Source: Phoronis australis (lineage: Eukaryota > Animalia > Phoronida). Taken from it: a stretch of 64,000 nt of DNA. Below, one piece after another: positions 1 to 11,015 of the stretch. The stretch lies in contig NMRA01000084.1 in NCBI GenBank assembly GCA_002633005.1, positions 234,320 through 298,319 on the forward strand. Direction: 5' to 3'. Each line of letters begins with the position of its first letter. The first letter of the stretch is position 1. The notes below the pieces were generated by a model. It was given only the letters and a program-made list of their open reading frames with translations. It had not been told where the DNA came from and did no database searches. Both the position numbers and the translations under genes were made by a program.

Positions 1-7
1 AGTACCA

Positions 8-68
8 CAGACTCGAACTCACGACCTGGCGGATAGAGCGCGCGTGCGTTACCACTACACCACCACGA
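8..68 (-). mobile_element. tRNA-derived SINE head (partial)
   Basis: The minus strand reads TGGTGTAGTGGTAACGCAC (Pol III A-box-like) then GGTCGTGAGTTCGAGTCT (B-box-like). It does not form a complete cloverleaf. Confidence 0.5.
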
Positions 69-1107
69 TTTAACTACTAATCTAATAATAAGAGACCTAC
101 TTGTTTATGGTCCACAGTGTTTGCGCGCGAAACCTACTTTTTGTAATGCTTATTACACGTTTTATTTTTTGTGCAATCGGTTCTTAACAAATTTGTTGTA
201 TTTAAAATAGTCTTCAAATGACCAAAATACCAAATCCGTTTTTCGTGTTGGCAATAATGAGGGGATTGCTTTGGAAATCGTCTTAAGTTAAGGTTTGACA
301 AAGAGAGAATTATGAGTTTCTGAGTGATTCACTAAGGCTTCGATTAAAATTCAATTCTTACCAGCAACTTCTGTTTTTTCATCGTCACTCAGGTTCCATT
401 TTCTTTAAAAAATGAAGTAAACTTTCTTCATTGCACATTGGAGCAGACGACGGAAACGGAGTCGTAGTGCGCAGCGCCACTGCCGGTCGCCTGGGATATC
501 GCGGGAGAGCCTATACTTAGCCATAGTTCCGTTACGAATGCGCCGTGTTCCGAATTTGATCTTGAGCCCCCCCAAACACTAAAACTGCACACATTTAAAT
601 CTTGTTTCATCTATATAATTTTAATTACCGGGGTTAATTAATAAACTCAACAACCCTACGCTCTTGCTGTTTTATTTTTTGCGGCAGCCAAGGGGGGGGG
701 GCGGCCCTCCCTAAATCCGCCTATGTTGATATAGTTTTACTGACTGCAAATAGTAAACAGATGGCGGGGAGCAATTTATACTGTAGAATAGATAACTACA
801 TTTTGAGCTTTTTGATGAATGTCCAGTGTGTCCCTGAGCCAAATCCGACATGTCACCATGTGTATGTTCTTCTGAGAAAAGGTTGTTTTGTAGTGGTGTG
901 AAAATTGGCCGATTTGTCGTCTAAGCCTATGCAAGTGTGCTAGTATGCTGAGCAGGGGTATGGGCAAAGGATTTTCAGAGATGGGGTCAAAATGACATTT
1001 TTGCAACTCTTCAATCAATCGATTTTTTCGAACCAATGTTTAATGATGAAACAAAAGCTAAGGCCATGGAAAAATATTTAATATATCTTTTATCTTGTTA
1101 TATTCAG

Positions 1108-1266
1108 ATTGATGCATTGTCGGAGGTGGTTGATGCTGTCCGCGGCAGGTGTGAAGTTTACATGGATGGCGGTGTTCAGGGAGGAAGGGACGTCTTTAAA
1201 GCCTTAGCCATGGGCGCTCGAGCGGTTTTCATTGGAAAGGCTTCCTTATGGGGTCTTGCATGTGAG
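1108..1266 (+). CDS. HAO: Hydroxyacid oxidase (FMN-dependent alpha-hydroxy acid oxidase, HAO1/HAO2/glycolate oxidase family), penultimate coding exon; upstream exons lie outside the window
   Basis: Bounded by acceptor tattcag| and donor |gtatag, 159 bp, phase 0. Encodes [53 protein letters not shown], matching the family signature DGGVRxGxDxxKALALGAxAVxxGRPxxWGLA. Confidence 0.93.
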
Positions 1267-3568
1267 GTATAGATTACGATCTCTATGAAACAGGAACGCT
1301 TCACTAATGGATTTACAATGCTGATGCAATTTTTACCAACGTGCGCGGTTGTGAATTCTAATGCTGAAAAGTTCACAACTTATTAAAAGCAGAAGTCACA
1401 ATCTGACAACATCGAAATCGGGATCATGGTTAATCTGAAAGGTTTTGTCCAAGCAACCCCAGAGCATTCACGCTGTGGTGGAATACAGTAAGTGTGTTAC
1501 CAAAAGCTGCTTTCGCTTTTTACTAGTCGTTTATGAGAAATTTCCAAGTCACCGAAGAGCCTAATGCCCACGCACAACGTATTCCCAACTTGAAATCGTG
1601 GATTTGCGAATGAAAATAAGGCGACTTTGACAAAAGATCTAATGATGTAAGTGCATGCCTGCATTTGCTGTCAATGGGAGTGAAATTTGAAAGCTTGTGG
1701 CAAACTTCATCTTTTATTTTCAGTGTTTTTTCAAAAATTGGTGGAAATTCTCGTCCAGGCCGAAGTGAACAAGTTTCCCTTCGCGTTATGAAAAGACAGT
1801 TTACCCAAAAATTATTTAAACGATATATTTCGAAAAGCATTCATAATTTTAAACGACGATCCAAGCAGAGTTTATTGAATTATTTCTCCAGATGCACAAT
1901 CGCAACCTGCACTTTGCTTCTAGTGCATGTGAATACGAGAAACCCTTTCAAATTCTTAATACCTATAGATAATTTGTAATTCGCAGTTACCTAAACAGAG
2001 AAGAAGGTAAATATAAAAAGAGTTTGCAACCACTTTCCAAATGGTGCTCTGTTTACCTGAAAGATAGCCTTCTATACGACTGGCTGTGTCACTTACAGTA
2101 TTAAACAGCGGACCAACTGATAGTTTTCCTTCTCTGTCGATGAGTCCGTTAGGATAGTACATCACAAAAGGGGAAGATGGAATTTGTGATATATCATGTT
2201 TACTCCTGAAATCAATGGATTTTTAATAGGTGGAGTATATAGTCTACACGTGCAGTACTCGATAAAACTGAAAATGCCAAATAAGATTCGAGGACCACCC
2301 TTTACTTTCCCCATATCATGATCATTAACGTAAAGAGAGTGAGCTTAAACCTTCGTCAATTTTACAAAATAATTTTAAGCTTTATCCCATACGCGTTGAA
2401 TTGGTCAAGGGAAATACGGCCATGTAATAATGTTTTCCGTATCCACCTCCTGCACTACTTAAACAGTGACCTCTGACATGGAAAGTTCAAAAGGCAGGTC
2501 AATGTCGAGTCGACCTCTTCAGCCGGTTTGATCATCAAACTTTCCGAATATAGTTTAAAGTAATACAGTTGCAGCAGTGTAACTAACACTTGACATGCAA
2601 CCAGGCCCTAAATGGAAAATCTGGAACAAAACCGTTAATTATATGACACTTATGTCTCAGTTTTCAATTGCTGAGTACTGCAACTCAGGAAACTACAATA
2701 TCAAATATTGTTGTTTTTTAACTATTTCCAGATGTTACAAGTTCACTGCACAGTTGCAGTTGATTTCATCTTTGTTACCTCTATTCAAGAAATAAATCGT
2801 TACTTGTAAAACTGTTTCTTTTACAAGAGAAAACTTGCAACCTAACGCTTAAGTACATAGTTACATATAGAAAGTGATCAGCCATGTGAACAGTCTGAGT
2901 CAAGTATTTAAAAAATCTGCCGAAAAATTTAAGAAACTTAGGAATTCGAAGCGGTCTCGGTCGATACGCGGAATAATGTCTCGTGGGATATTACTTCATG
3001 TACGCATAGATTATAGGCTACAGTCTATGATGTACGCCACTCTCGTTACGTTTTGTTTGTGTATATTTCGCTCTTTTTAGCAGTATAAGCAAGTCGAGTT
3101 ATGTTCTTTAGTCTCTTAAAATCGATTTCGTGTTGTTCCTTAAAGTGAAAAGATTCTTTAAGAACGAGTAGGTAACACAAGTGAAATTCTCGGTAAGGAA
3201 CATTTTGTGACCGATTGTATGTTTGTACTTCACGTTTTGTTTGTTAGGCAGCTAATCACGGCGGAATGCAGTTTTAAGTAAACGTGAATGTCCCTACGCA
3301 TTTAACAGTGCCAGTGCAGTCACTAATTTAGGCGAAAGCCAAGCGTGTTTTCGGTTAAAATTACTTTTTTAACGGACATGATGACGGAAGAAACGTCAAT
3401 TAACTTAAGCACAGACGCTCACGTTGGTCTGATTCTTTTCTTACTAATGTACCGTTTTAGAACTGAAATCTAAAAATGTGAATAGCTCTGGAAAGTGTCG
3501 AGTGCATCGTCCTTTCAGTTCATATAATCTTACAGAATGATGTTAGTGATGGAGTTATTCGTTTACAG

Positions 3569-3715
3569 GGCGAGAACGGAGTGGCTCAAGTGATAACAAT
3601 CTTGAAGGAAGAACTGACCAATACGATGGCACTAGCGGGGACAAGTAGTATTCAAGGAATTAAGAAGACAATGGTTAAACGCAAGCCCTGTTCTTGTAAT
3701 ACAGCAAAATTATAA
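3569..3715 (+). CDS. HAO: Hydroxyacid oxidase, terminal coding exon with C-terminal PTS1 signal (AKL)
   Basis: Acceptor gtttacag|, in frame with the previous exon. Encodes GENGVAQVITILKEELTNTMALAGTSSIQGIKKTMVKRKPCSCNTAKL*, similar to HAO1 [24 protein letters not shown]. AKL is a canonical peroxisomal targeting tripeptide. Missed by the ORF track because it is under 60 aa. Confidence 0.92.
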   Translation, partial: GENGVAQVITILKEELTNTMALAGTSSIQGIKKTMVKRKPCSCNTAKL

Positions 3716-3805
3716 TTGAACAATATCGTGCCTGATCCATCTCAGTGAACTGACGAGGAAGCCTCTATTGAATGACTAATACATAGTTACAATTCCTTTC
3801 ACACT

Positions 3806-4027
3806 GATGCGCGCACCCAACCTTCAATATGGGGGCTCGAATCTCTAAAAAAAAAAAAGAAAAATGGGTACCAACTTCAGGTCTGTGAACTGTGTGTCTG
3901 CGCCTTTTTAGTGGACTTTTGTCTCGTTTCCTCGGACTTTTTGTTTCTTTGAGGCGGACCTTTTTGCCCACTTCGCCAAATGGGAGGCTCCTTCGAGCCC
4001 CCGAGCAACCCCCTGGGTGCGCGCATG
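3806..4027. mobile_element. MITE, family M1, copy 1
   Basis: Terminal inverted repeats ATGCGCGCACCCA...TGGGTGCGCGCATG. A homologous copy lies in inverted orientation at 37785-38043. Confidence 0.8.
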
Positions 4028-4049
4028 TTTCTTTCAAACTTGACCCCTG

Positions 4050-5008
4050 TGCCCGGTTGCATGAAACAGTCCAAAAATAGTGAGGGAAGTCCCTATAAGG
4101 ATTTTGTTTAAGGACTGTTGCATGAAGAGGTCCTACACTCGGTCCTTATTGGGAGCTCCCTAAATCCGAGTAAGTTCCCAAAGCCGAACAATCCCGATGA
4201 TCGCCGTGGCTAAGGTCGCTTGACTTACTTGACTTAAAACCCTTGCCACCCCGTGGTGGATATGGTCTCTGTGACCGAACGCCATCGAATCCTGTTGTTC
4301 GCCACATGTCTTATTTGCTGTTTAATATGGCGAAAATTATTATCAACGAGAGAATACCTATCACATTTAGGCCTACGTCCCTTGTTCCACCTTTGAATGA
4401 TTGTTTGAGTAGAGTGCACAGTCAGACACAGTGTGCATTATCTGAGGATTTGAGTTTTCCACTGCTGTTAAGAAAGCAGACGATCGATTGTGGCCGCCCA
4501 CGGTAACGTAAATTAAAAAACAGTAAGGCGAACTGGTGTGAATGCCAGAATCTCCGGCAGGAGTCGCCGCCTTTCCCAACGCGCTGTCTGTGGCGTAAGT
4601 CGTGGCACTGTAGTAATCGATAAGTTCAGTTTACGATGGAACTACTAACCTGTACATGTACAGTACATGTAGGTAAAATCACGCCTTTCCTGTTCGACAA
4701 CTCCAGTTTCTCTTCGAGTTCTCTAACCATCATGAATATCCCAGCCCTTGAAAATCTAAATCTTTCGTTTAGCTCACTGTCACTAAACGTCCCGAGCGAG
4801 TTAGTAATGCAAAGGAATTTTTTTTCAACCGCAAAATGAATTTGATCAGCCATTTTATTGCTAGGGACTCAACTTAGGGACTAACTTTCGGTAACCCCAA
4901 AAGTTGAGTCATTATGTAATGCCTTAACTAACTAGGAACTTTTCATGCAACAGTCCCTAAGCTTTAGGGCGTCCCTAACATTAGGGGATTGTTTCATGAA
5001 ACCGGGCC
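4050..5008 (-). mobile_element. PIF/Harbinger-type DNA transposon deletion derivative
   Basis: TIRs (T/G)GCCCGGTT(G/T)CATGAAACA with repeated subterminal GGACTGTTGCATGAA. 3-bp CTG duplication at 4047-4049 and 5009-5011. Internal ORF 4626-4853 (FSDSELNERFRFSRAGIFMMVRELEEKL) resembles the HARBI1/Harbinger transposase N-terminus. Confidence 0.75.
4219..4420 (-). mobile_element. 3' tail of an RTE-like non-LTR retrotransposon, nested in the Harbinger element
   Basis: The minus-strand peptide WNKGRRPK...VANNRIRWRSVTETISTTGWQGF* resembles RTE-clade C-termini (GRPK...AQDRxxWR). The stop is followed directly by a short-repeat tail AAGTCAAGTAAGTCAAG. Confidence 0.55.
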
Positions 5009-5381
5009 CTGGAGCTCCTAGAAATGGTTTCTAGAGATCAAAGAAGTGTGGAGCTCCTCTTATTACAAGAAAGGTATACGCTATTTGATAAAATTGACAT
5101 AAAGATAGTTGCGTTGCCAGCTGTTGCTTGTTATCAGCATCGGCCTGAAACTATTCCCGTTGTTCCAAAGGTGTACCATGTACTGTATGTCCAGGTGTGC
5201 GGTGTAATTTTCGTCCTTTCAAATGTTATGCAAAATGATGTAAGCTGTAATTTATGTAATTGAGCAATAATAATTATTTGTCTCAGAAAATCACAGGAAA
5301 TGAGAGCACTAAATAAGCGCCACGTGGGTCCCTTAAAATGTTTTTGTCAACTTCCACTGTTAATTGTCAGGCTAAACGTTG

Positions 5382-5870
5382 TTACACTGCTAGTGCAAGC
5401 GCAGAGTACTATTGTACTTGTTCCTTGGTTTTCTTCAATTTTATTCTTATTACTCTGCGCTTGCACGCGCAGAGTACTGTTTTTCCTGGATTTTCTTCAA
5501 TTTTATTCTTATTCTTCTTATTACTCTGCGCGTGCAAGCCCAGAGTACTGTTGTTCCTGGGTTTTCTTCAATTTCATTACTCTGCGCGTGTAAGCGCAGA
5601 GTGCTGTTGTTCCTGGGTTTTCTTCAATTTTAGTCTTATTACTCTGCGCGTGCAAGCGCAAAGTACTGTTGTTCCTGGGTTTTCTTCAATTTTATTAATC
5701 TGAGCGTGCAAGCGCAGAGTACTGTTGTTCTTGGGTTTTCTTCAATTTTATTACTCTGCGCGTGTAAGCACAGAGTGCTGTTGTTCCTGGGTTTTCTTCA
5801 ATTTTATTACTCTGCGCGTGTGAGCGCAGAGTACTGTTGTTCCTGGGTTTTCTTCAATTTTATTCTTTTT
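5382..5870 (+). repeat. Minisatellite of ~8 units (54-71 bp), each a copy of the 5' hairpin of Helentron-type family H1
   Basis: The unit TTACTCTGCGCGTGCAAGCGCAGAGTACTGTTGTTCCTGGGTTTTCTTCAATTTT starts at ~5382, 5450, 5521, 5577, 5639, 5697, 5751 and 5806. Confidence 0.92.
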
Positions 5871-7356
5871 CTTCTTATTCGTCTTCCCACCAACTTCGAG
5901 GCTTAATAACTCCAAAGTGGGTGCAGGTATATTTTTAGCATTAACCACACTTTTAATCGAGTTAACAATTATTCCCTCATCGGGGCTCATAATGCACCGG
6001 AAGAGGTCAATTAGTGGAAACGTTATCAAAAAATCAATATGTGATATCTCCTACAATTTTAAAGAATTCCTTTTCATATTGGTAAACGGGTTGCTGTCAG
6101 TAACTTCCCATAATTATTCCAGTGATACGCACGCGCAGAGTCCGTTATTGTCACGCCGTGACAATAATCTTTCTAGTTCTTCTTATTCTTCTTCCGACCA
6201 ACTTTGAGGCTTAATAACTCCAAATTGGGTGCAGGTACGGTCTTTAAATTCAGCATATGACTTTAGACAGTTCATAAATTTTGATTTGTTATATAATCAT
6301 GTTCCATATTGCACCGGAAGAGGTCGTTTGGTGCAAAGGTCATATAATTTTCAAAATGCTACTCCTCCTTCAGTTTTAAAGCTATCTTTTTCAAATTTGG
6401 TGCACAGGTATAAGTCAACATGACAATAAAAAAGTTACTTTTCTAAGTAATCGGGTCATCCAATCAGGTGAAATAGGTCAAAGGTCATTAGGTGCAAACT
6501 AAAATTTTGAGCTAGACCCTTCAAATTGACAGGTCTCATTGCCACTGCTAAATCAAATCGGAATCCAAAGTTTCAGGTCATTTAGTGCAAACATGGGGTC
6601 ATTAGGTGCATTTTTCTTCTTAAAATTTGACCTTTTCAATCAGCAAGTATTCTGATGTGTCAACCGTTAGACAACTGTAATTCTCAGCGTTAAACACATT
6701 TTCCATGGGTTTTGCAATAATTCTAAAGATGCTTAAAATGCACCGGATAAGGTCAATTAGTGCAAAGGTCATGTAACGTTCAAAATGTTATATCTCTTAC
6801 GTTTTTCAAGGAATTCTTTTCAATTTCACCACACTGGTGTAAGTCAACATGCCAATTGAATACCATACTTTACTTCGCAGTAGGCCTAACCAATCAGAAA
6901 AAATAGGTCAAAGGTCATTGAGTGTAAACTAAAATTTTGAGCTAGAGACTTCAAAATTACATATCTGTTTACTAAGTGTGATTGAGTTTGAATTCTAAAT
7001 TTTCAGGTCATTTGGTATACCCATGGGGTCATTGGGTGCATTTTTCTTATGAAAGTTTGACCAATTCATTCATCTTGTATTCTGAAGTGCTTAAAGTAAA
7101 ACATCTGTGATTCATATCATTAACCATACTTTAAATCGAGTTTACAATTATTCCCTCGTCGGGGTTCATAATGCACCAGAAGAGGTCAATTAGTGGAAAG
7201 GTCATCAAAATATTAACATGTAATTTCTCTTACATTTTTTAAGAATTCCTTTTCGTATTGGTAAACGGGTTGCTGTCAGTAACTTCCCAAAACAATTCCA
7301 GTAATGCGCACGCGCAGAGTCCATTATTGTCACGCCGTGACAATAATCTTTCTATT
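5806..7356 (+). mobile_element. Helentron-associated/DINE-1-like non-autonomous element, family H1 (two tandem 3' ends)
   Basis: 5' subterminal repeat ACTCTGCGCGTG with a partial inverted copy. The 3' module GCACGCGCAGAGT + stem-loop TTATTGTCAC-GCC-GTGACAATAA + TCTTTCTA(G) occurs at 6129-6176 and 7308-7354. Confidence 0.7.
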
Positions 7357-8163
7357 TTTTTCTTATTGCCCAGACAATGTAACAGGCTAAATTTGGGCTC
7401 CTCATATCTAGTCTTTAGAGTTAATGACTGAAAGGCGGGGAAAAGAGGACGGGAGCAGGATGTTCACACAACTTTCTTAGGCACATTGAGGTCGTGTATA
7501 TATGGTGAAATAATTAATAATTAACCGCCTTTGTACAACTGAAAATATAGAAACATATACATACACAAACACATATAAAAAGATATGAAAATGCTTATCT
7601 AGGACGTAACATCGTGTAACAACATCATTGACTAAATATATAATAAATGGAATTCTAACAGGTGAGTTCTGTGCATTTCTAGGATAACTAGTCATGCGAC
7701 AAATTTCTTCAGTTACCCACATCTGTGTCTGAGGTATCTGTTAGAATTGTTCTTATGAACTCGGGTAACTTCAGTTTATTTTTTTGATAGGATGCTTATT
7801 ACCTTTGTTGAAAAAACTGAGTGTATCAATGGTAGGTATTGCAAGTGAATGTCGTAGGCCGCTTTCTTGATCAAAACATTGATAAGATGAGATTGTATTA
7901 TACAGAATTTCATTTTACTTATCACGATTTATCCAAAATTGAAGTTTTGCCGGTTTTTAACAGGAAGTTTAAATTTAAAGTATCACACTTAGGCTTTCCT
8001 GAAATCCAGGACTATAATTTATTTTGATTTTGTTCGTGATGCCCCATCGCATCTTCAGCTAATCTAATGGTTTGTATTATTAGCGGATTTGCAGCGCAAA
8101 CGAACTACGCATTGCGCATGTGCAAGTTACTTCCTGCGCAAAGGCTCATGGGATAGCTTGTGG

Positions 8164-9479
8164 TCAGGCATGTCTGCTTTTGCGGCATGTCTTGAGCAGG
8201 CTGGATAGTGTGTGCATTTGGAGTGATTTGCAAACTAAAAACCATGTTTCATTTTTTTGCTTTATAATACCAAGCAAGTCCTCTCTCTCGTTTGTAAACA
8301 CAGCGTAGCTATGATCAGTGACCGTGTGACCGAGGGCACGACTGTCGTCATGTTCAGTATTGGGGCTATCGGCGTTGATTTCGAAATCTCCTCCGGTTTC
8401 AGACAAGTTGATAGTTCTTGGGTTGCTTAACTTTTGTAGCTTTCCCCGTGGATATGCTAGAGACGTTAATTTTAAGAGCAAACTCCGTTGGAATGTTGTT
8501 CTCATACGTCTTTTTTCCACCAGGAAAATGTTCGCTGCACACACGATGGCACCTAGGCAATTACATCGCACTGGATGCCGCAGGGGCGATAGTACGTCCT
8601 CACAAAAATTTACTCATTTCAAAATACAGAAAATAAAATCAAATGAACCATACATTTAGGAACACGGAATTATAATTAACACATACCACGACTCTGGATA
8701 CAATTTAGTCAGCAAAACTTGAACAAATCTATGAAAATCTGTCGCGGTTTGCTCGAGTTTCTCTCAGTTACCGGGTGCCATTTTGAGGAAGTTACGTGAA
8801 ATTACGCATGTTGACGAATAAAAAGTCTAAGGGACACAGCTCTTACAAGTTTCACCCGATACTTTCTCATGCTATTTTACAAGTGTCACGCGCTAGCGTC
8901 ACGCGCTTCGCTGAGTCTCGCGCTAACCTTTGCCTAGACTCACGTGATTCAGTTGACATGCTTTATGGTTATCGCGCGCGCGGTGATAAAATTAACGGCA
9001 ACCAAAAAAGTGAATTTGTAATTCTTCGCCAAAGTCAACTTAATTCTCACAACTAAGCTTAAGATATGTATAGAAGTAGAAAGGACCAATGATGAAAGTA
9101 AGCGTTTTTTTAAATGATAGTTTTAAGTGTAGAATGTATTTTTGACGAGGTGAAAACTCGAAATCGGTATTCCAAATCCGGTCACGACCCATTTAAAATA
9201 CACTGAAGTAACGAAATGAGTACAGAAAGCGAATGGAAGTATTGTAGCCCCTATATGGCCAACCGAGGGGCTACGTGTTGCCTACTAGATGGCTCCACGT
9301 GGTTTGAATGCGCTAAATCTCCCCTTACTCCCAGCTCTCCTAATATTGTTTATCCATTTTTCACGAAGTTCTTGGTTTGCAGGGAACACATAATAACCCA
9401 GATTTTTATCTCTCTTGTTGTTTTTGAAGCAGCCAGGAACCCAACAAGAGTATCCGCCGTAAGTTTTCTTCGCGCTCAT
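8164..9479 (-). pseudogene. Split and frameshifted THAP11 (Ronin)-like THAP domain with a DHSY HCF-1-binding motif
   Basis: 9479-9299 encodes MSAKKTYGGYSCWVPGCFKNNKRDKNLGYYVFPANQELREKWINNIRRAGSKGRFSAFKP. After the insertion, ~8548-8480 encodes HRVCSEHFPGGKKTYENNIPTEF. VTDHSYAV follows near 8300-8325 in the adjacent frame. All C2CH ligands are present. Confidence 0.8.
8554..9287. mobile_element. ~730-bp unclassified insertion interrupting the THAP domain
   Basis: Ends TAGGCAA...TTGCCTA(CTA), flanked by a 9-bp duplication with one mismatch: GATGGCACC (8545-8553) and GATGGCTCC (9288-9296). Confidence 0.65.
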
Positions 9480-11015
9480 ACCGCGTATTATGCTTGATAC
9501 TATGGCCGCTTTCGGAATCCTGACCACAGCACCCACAATGCACCATTTTAACCTAATTTCAATATGGCGTCGCTGCAAATCCGCCAATAGATAATTATGT
9601 TCTATGGTCAGGGTGAATCAATTTGTCCATAGACTTACAAATTCTATTGATAATGTGTTTTTTGATCAATTTGTAATCACAATTTAGGAATGCTTGGTCC
9701 TCAATTATCTAATTACAAAAGTTATTACACTTTGTCTTTGTGACGTAGACAGTAAGCTAAGATTAAACCTCTCTATAACTCATGTTTTATCCCCTCCTTG
9801 AATGTCTTATGAAACTGATTTGAAAGTCCGTCGTTAGCCGGGATCTTATCTGATTTTGTTCCTTGGAGAGCTTCGAAAATTTTGTCTTAAGTTCAGTCCT
9901 GCTCATGCTGCAGAGCCTCTTGCTCGGAGTTGTTTGCATGGGAGAGTAAAGTGATTGGATATTCACAATTATTTGATTTTAGGGCAAACATTTTGATACC
10001 ACTGTCTTTAAATTATTTTGCTCCAGCAGGACAGCTAACAATTTGGTCGTCATTAGTGATTGGATTTGCTTTTCATACCAAGGTTTCTGAAATGTTGAGA
10101 CTTTTACCCTTCTTTTGCCCATTAGACTTTGCGCCTTATAATGGAGACTTTGATAAAGACGGTCTTATTTATCAGAGTTCAGTTGTTTCGTTTTAATTCA
10201 AAGCGGCTGCCAATTTCGCTTGGTCATCCGGATTATTTTCAACCAGGCAAGGTCATTGTCTTGGTTTTTCTCAATGATGGAAATGTTCTATATTACTTTT
10301 ATCCACTTTGTTTTATCGTAACCAAAAGCTGATTTTATTATTTCCATTTAAATTCCCACACAAGAATTTTGTTTCCGATGTTGGCATACATTTTCAGACT
10401 TCGGAAATACGGTGACACAATTGGTAATTTTCTTAAACAGGCATAGTACTCCGAATAACTCTTACAGTTCCATAACCCCGAGCCACGTTTTCTTATTTGG
10501 AAATTTCAAGTCAGTACACCGGCAGGTGTCAGAAAATACGAAATCGTCAATAATACGGACCTGTTTTGGCGCTAACATTCCGAGAACGAGCCAATAGTCA
10601 ATTCTACTTTGGGGTGCTTTTTTGTCACGTTATTTGTAAACGATTAATGCAACAACCATGGGTGTGACTACATCAATAATCCACACATTACGACGTTTTC
10701 TTACACGCCGTCGAGTCGGTGAAATCAAACGAAGCCTCAGTATTTCGTTTCATGAACAACTGATTTTACATGTACATGTACGTCATTACGAGAAGATACA
10801 TTAAGACATGGCGACCGGAGAGTCTCCTGTCCCTGGGCTCCTGTCAGCCAGTGAGCGAGAAGGTTGAAAAGTCAGCTGATAAGCCGCCTGAGCTGCGGCA
10901 GTGCGCATGTGTGTGTGAGAACAGTCCCTATGGCTTATGGCTGTAATACCGTTGACGTTTGCAAACGGCATTGCAACAGTAGAAGTCCGAATGTCCCGAT
11001 GTCGTCGAATGGCTG

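Larger units (their letters stand above)
8081..9586 (-). mobile_element. TIR DNA transposon relic (ISL2EU/PHIS-like) carrying a disrupted THAP11-like gene
   Basis: TIRs T(A/G)GCGGATTTGCAGCG at 8081 and its reverse complement ending at 9586, flanked by AT on both sides (8079-8080, 9587-9588). THAP coding sequence lies inside. Confidence 0.75.

Noticed and set aside
8-68. Possible tRNA genes here and at 17255-17327 and ~22995-23055
   Set aside because: A/B boxes are present but no complete cloverleaf or acceptor stem; better explained as SINE heads.
5382-5870. CRISPR-like array of palindromic repeats
   Set aside because: The intervening sequence is itself repeated (no unique spacers), there are no cas genes, and the context is a spliced eukaryotic locus. 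It is a TE-derived minisatellite.
5300-5906. Overlapping hydrophobic ORFs (97, 121, 73, 66 aa)
   Set aside because: They are translations of the minisatellite in several frames.
8554-9287. Intron within a functional THAP11 gene
   Set aside because: The flanking 9-bp duplication, inverted ends and residual frameshift indicate an insertion. I found no GT-AG pair that cleanly restores the full domain.
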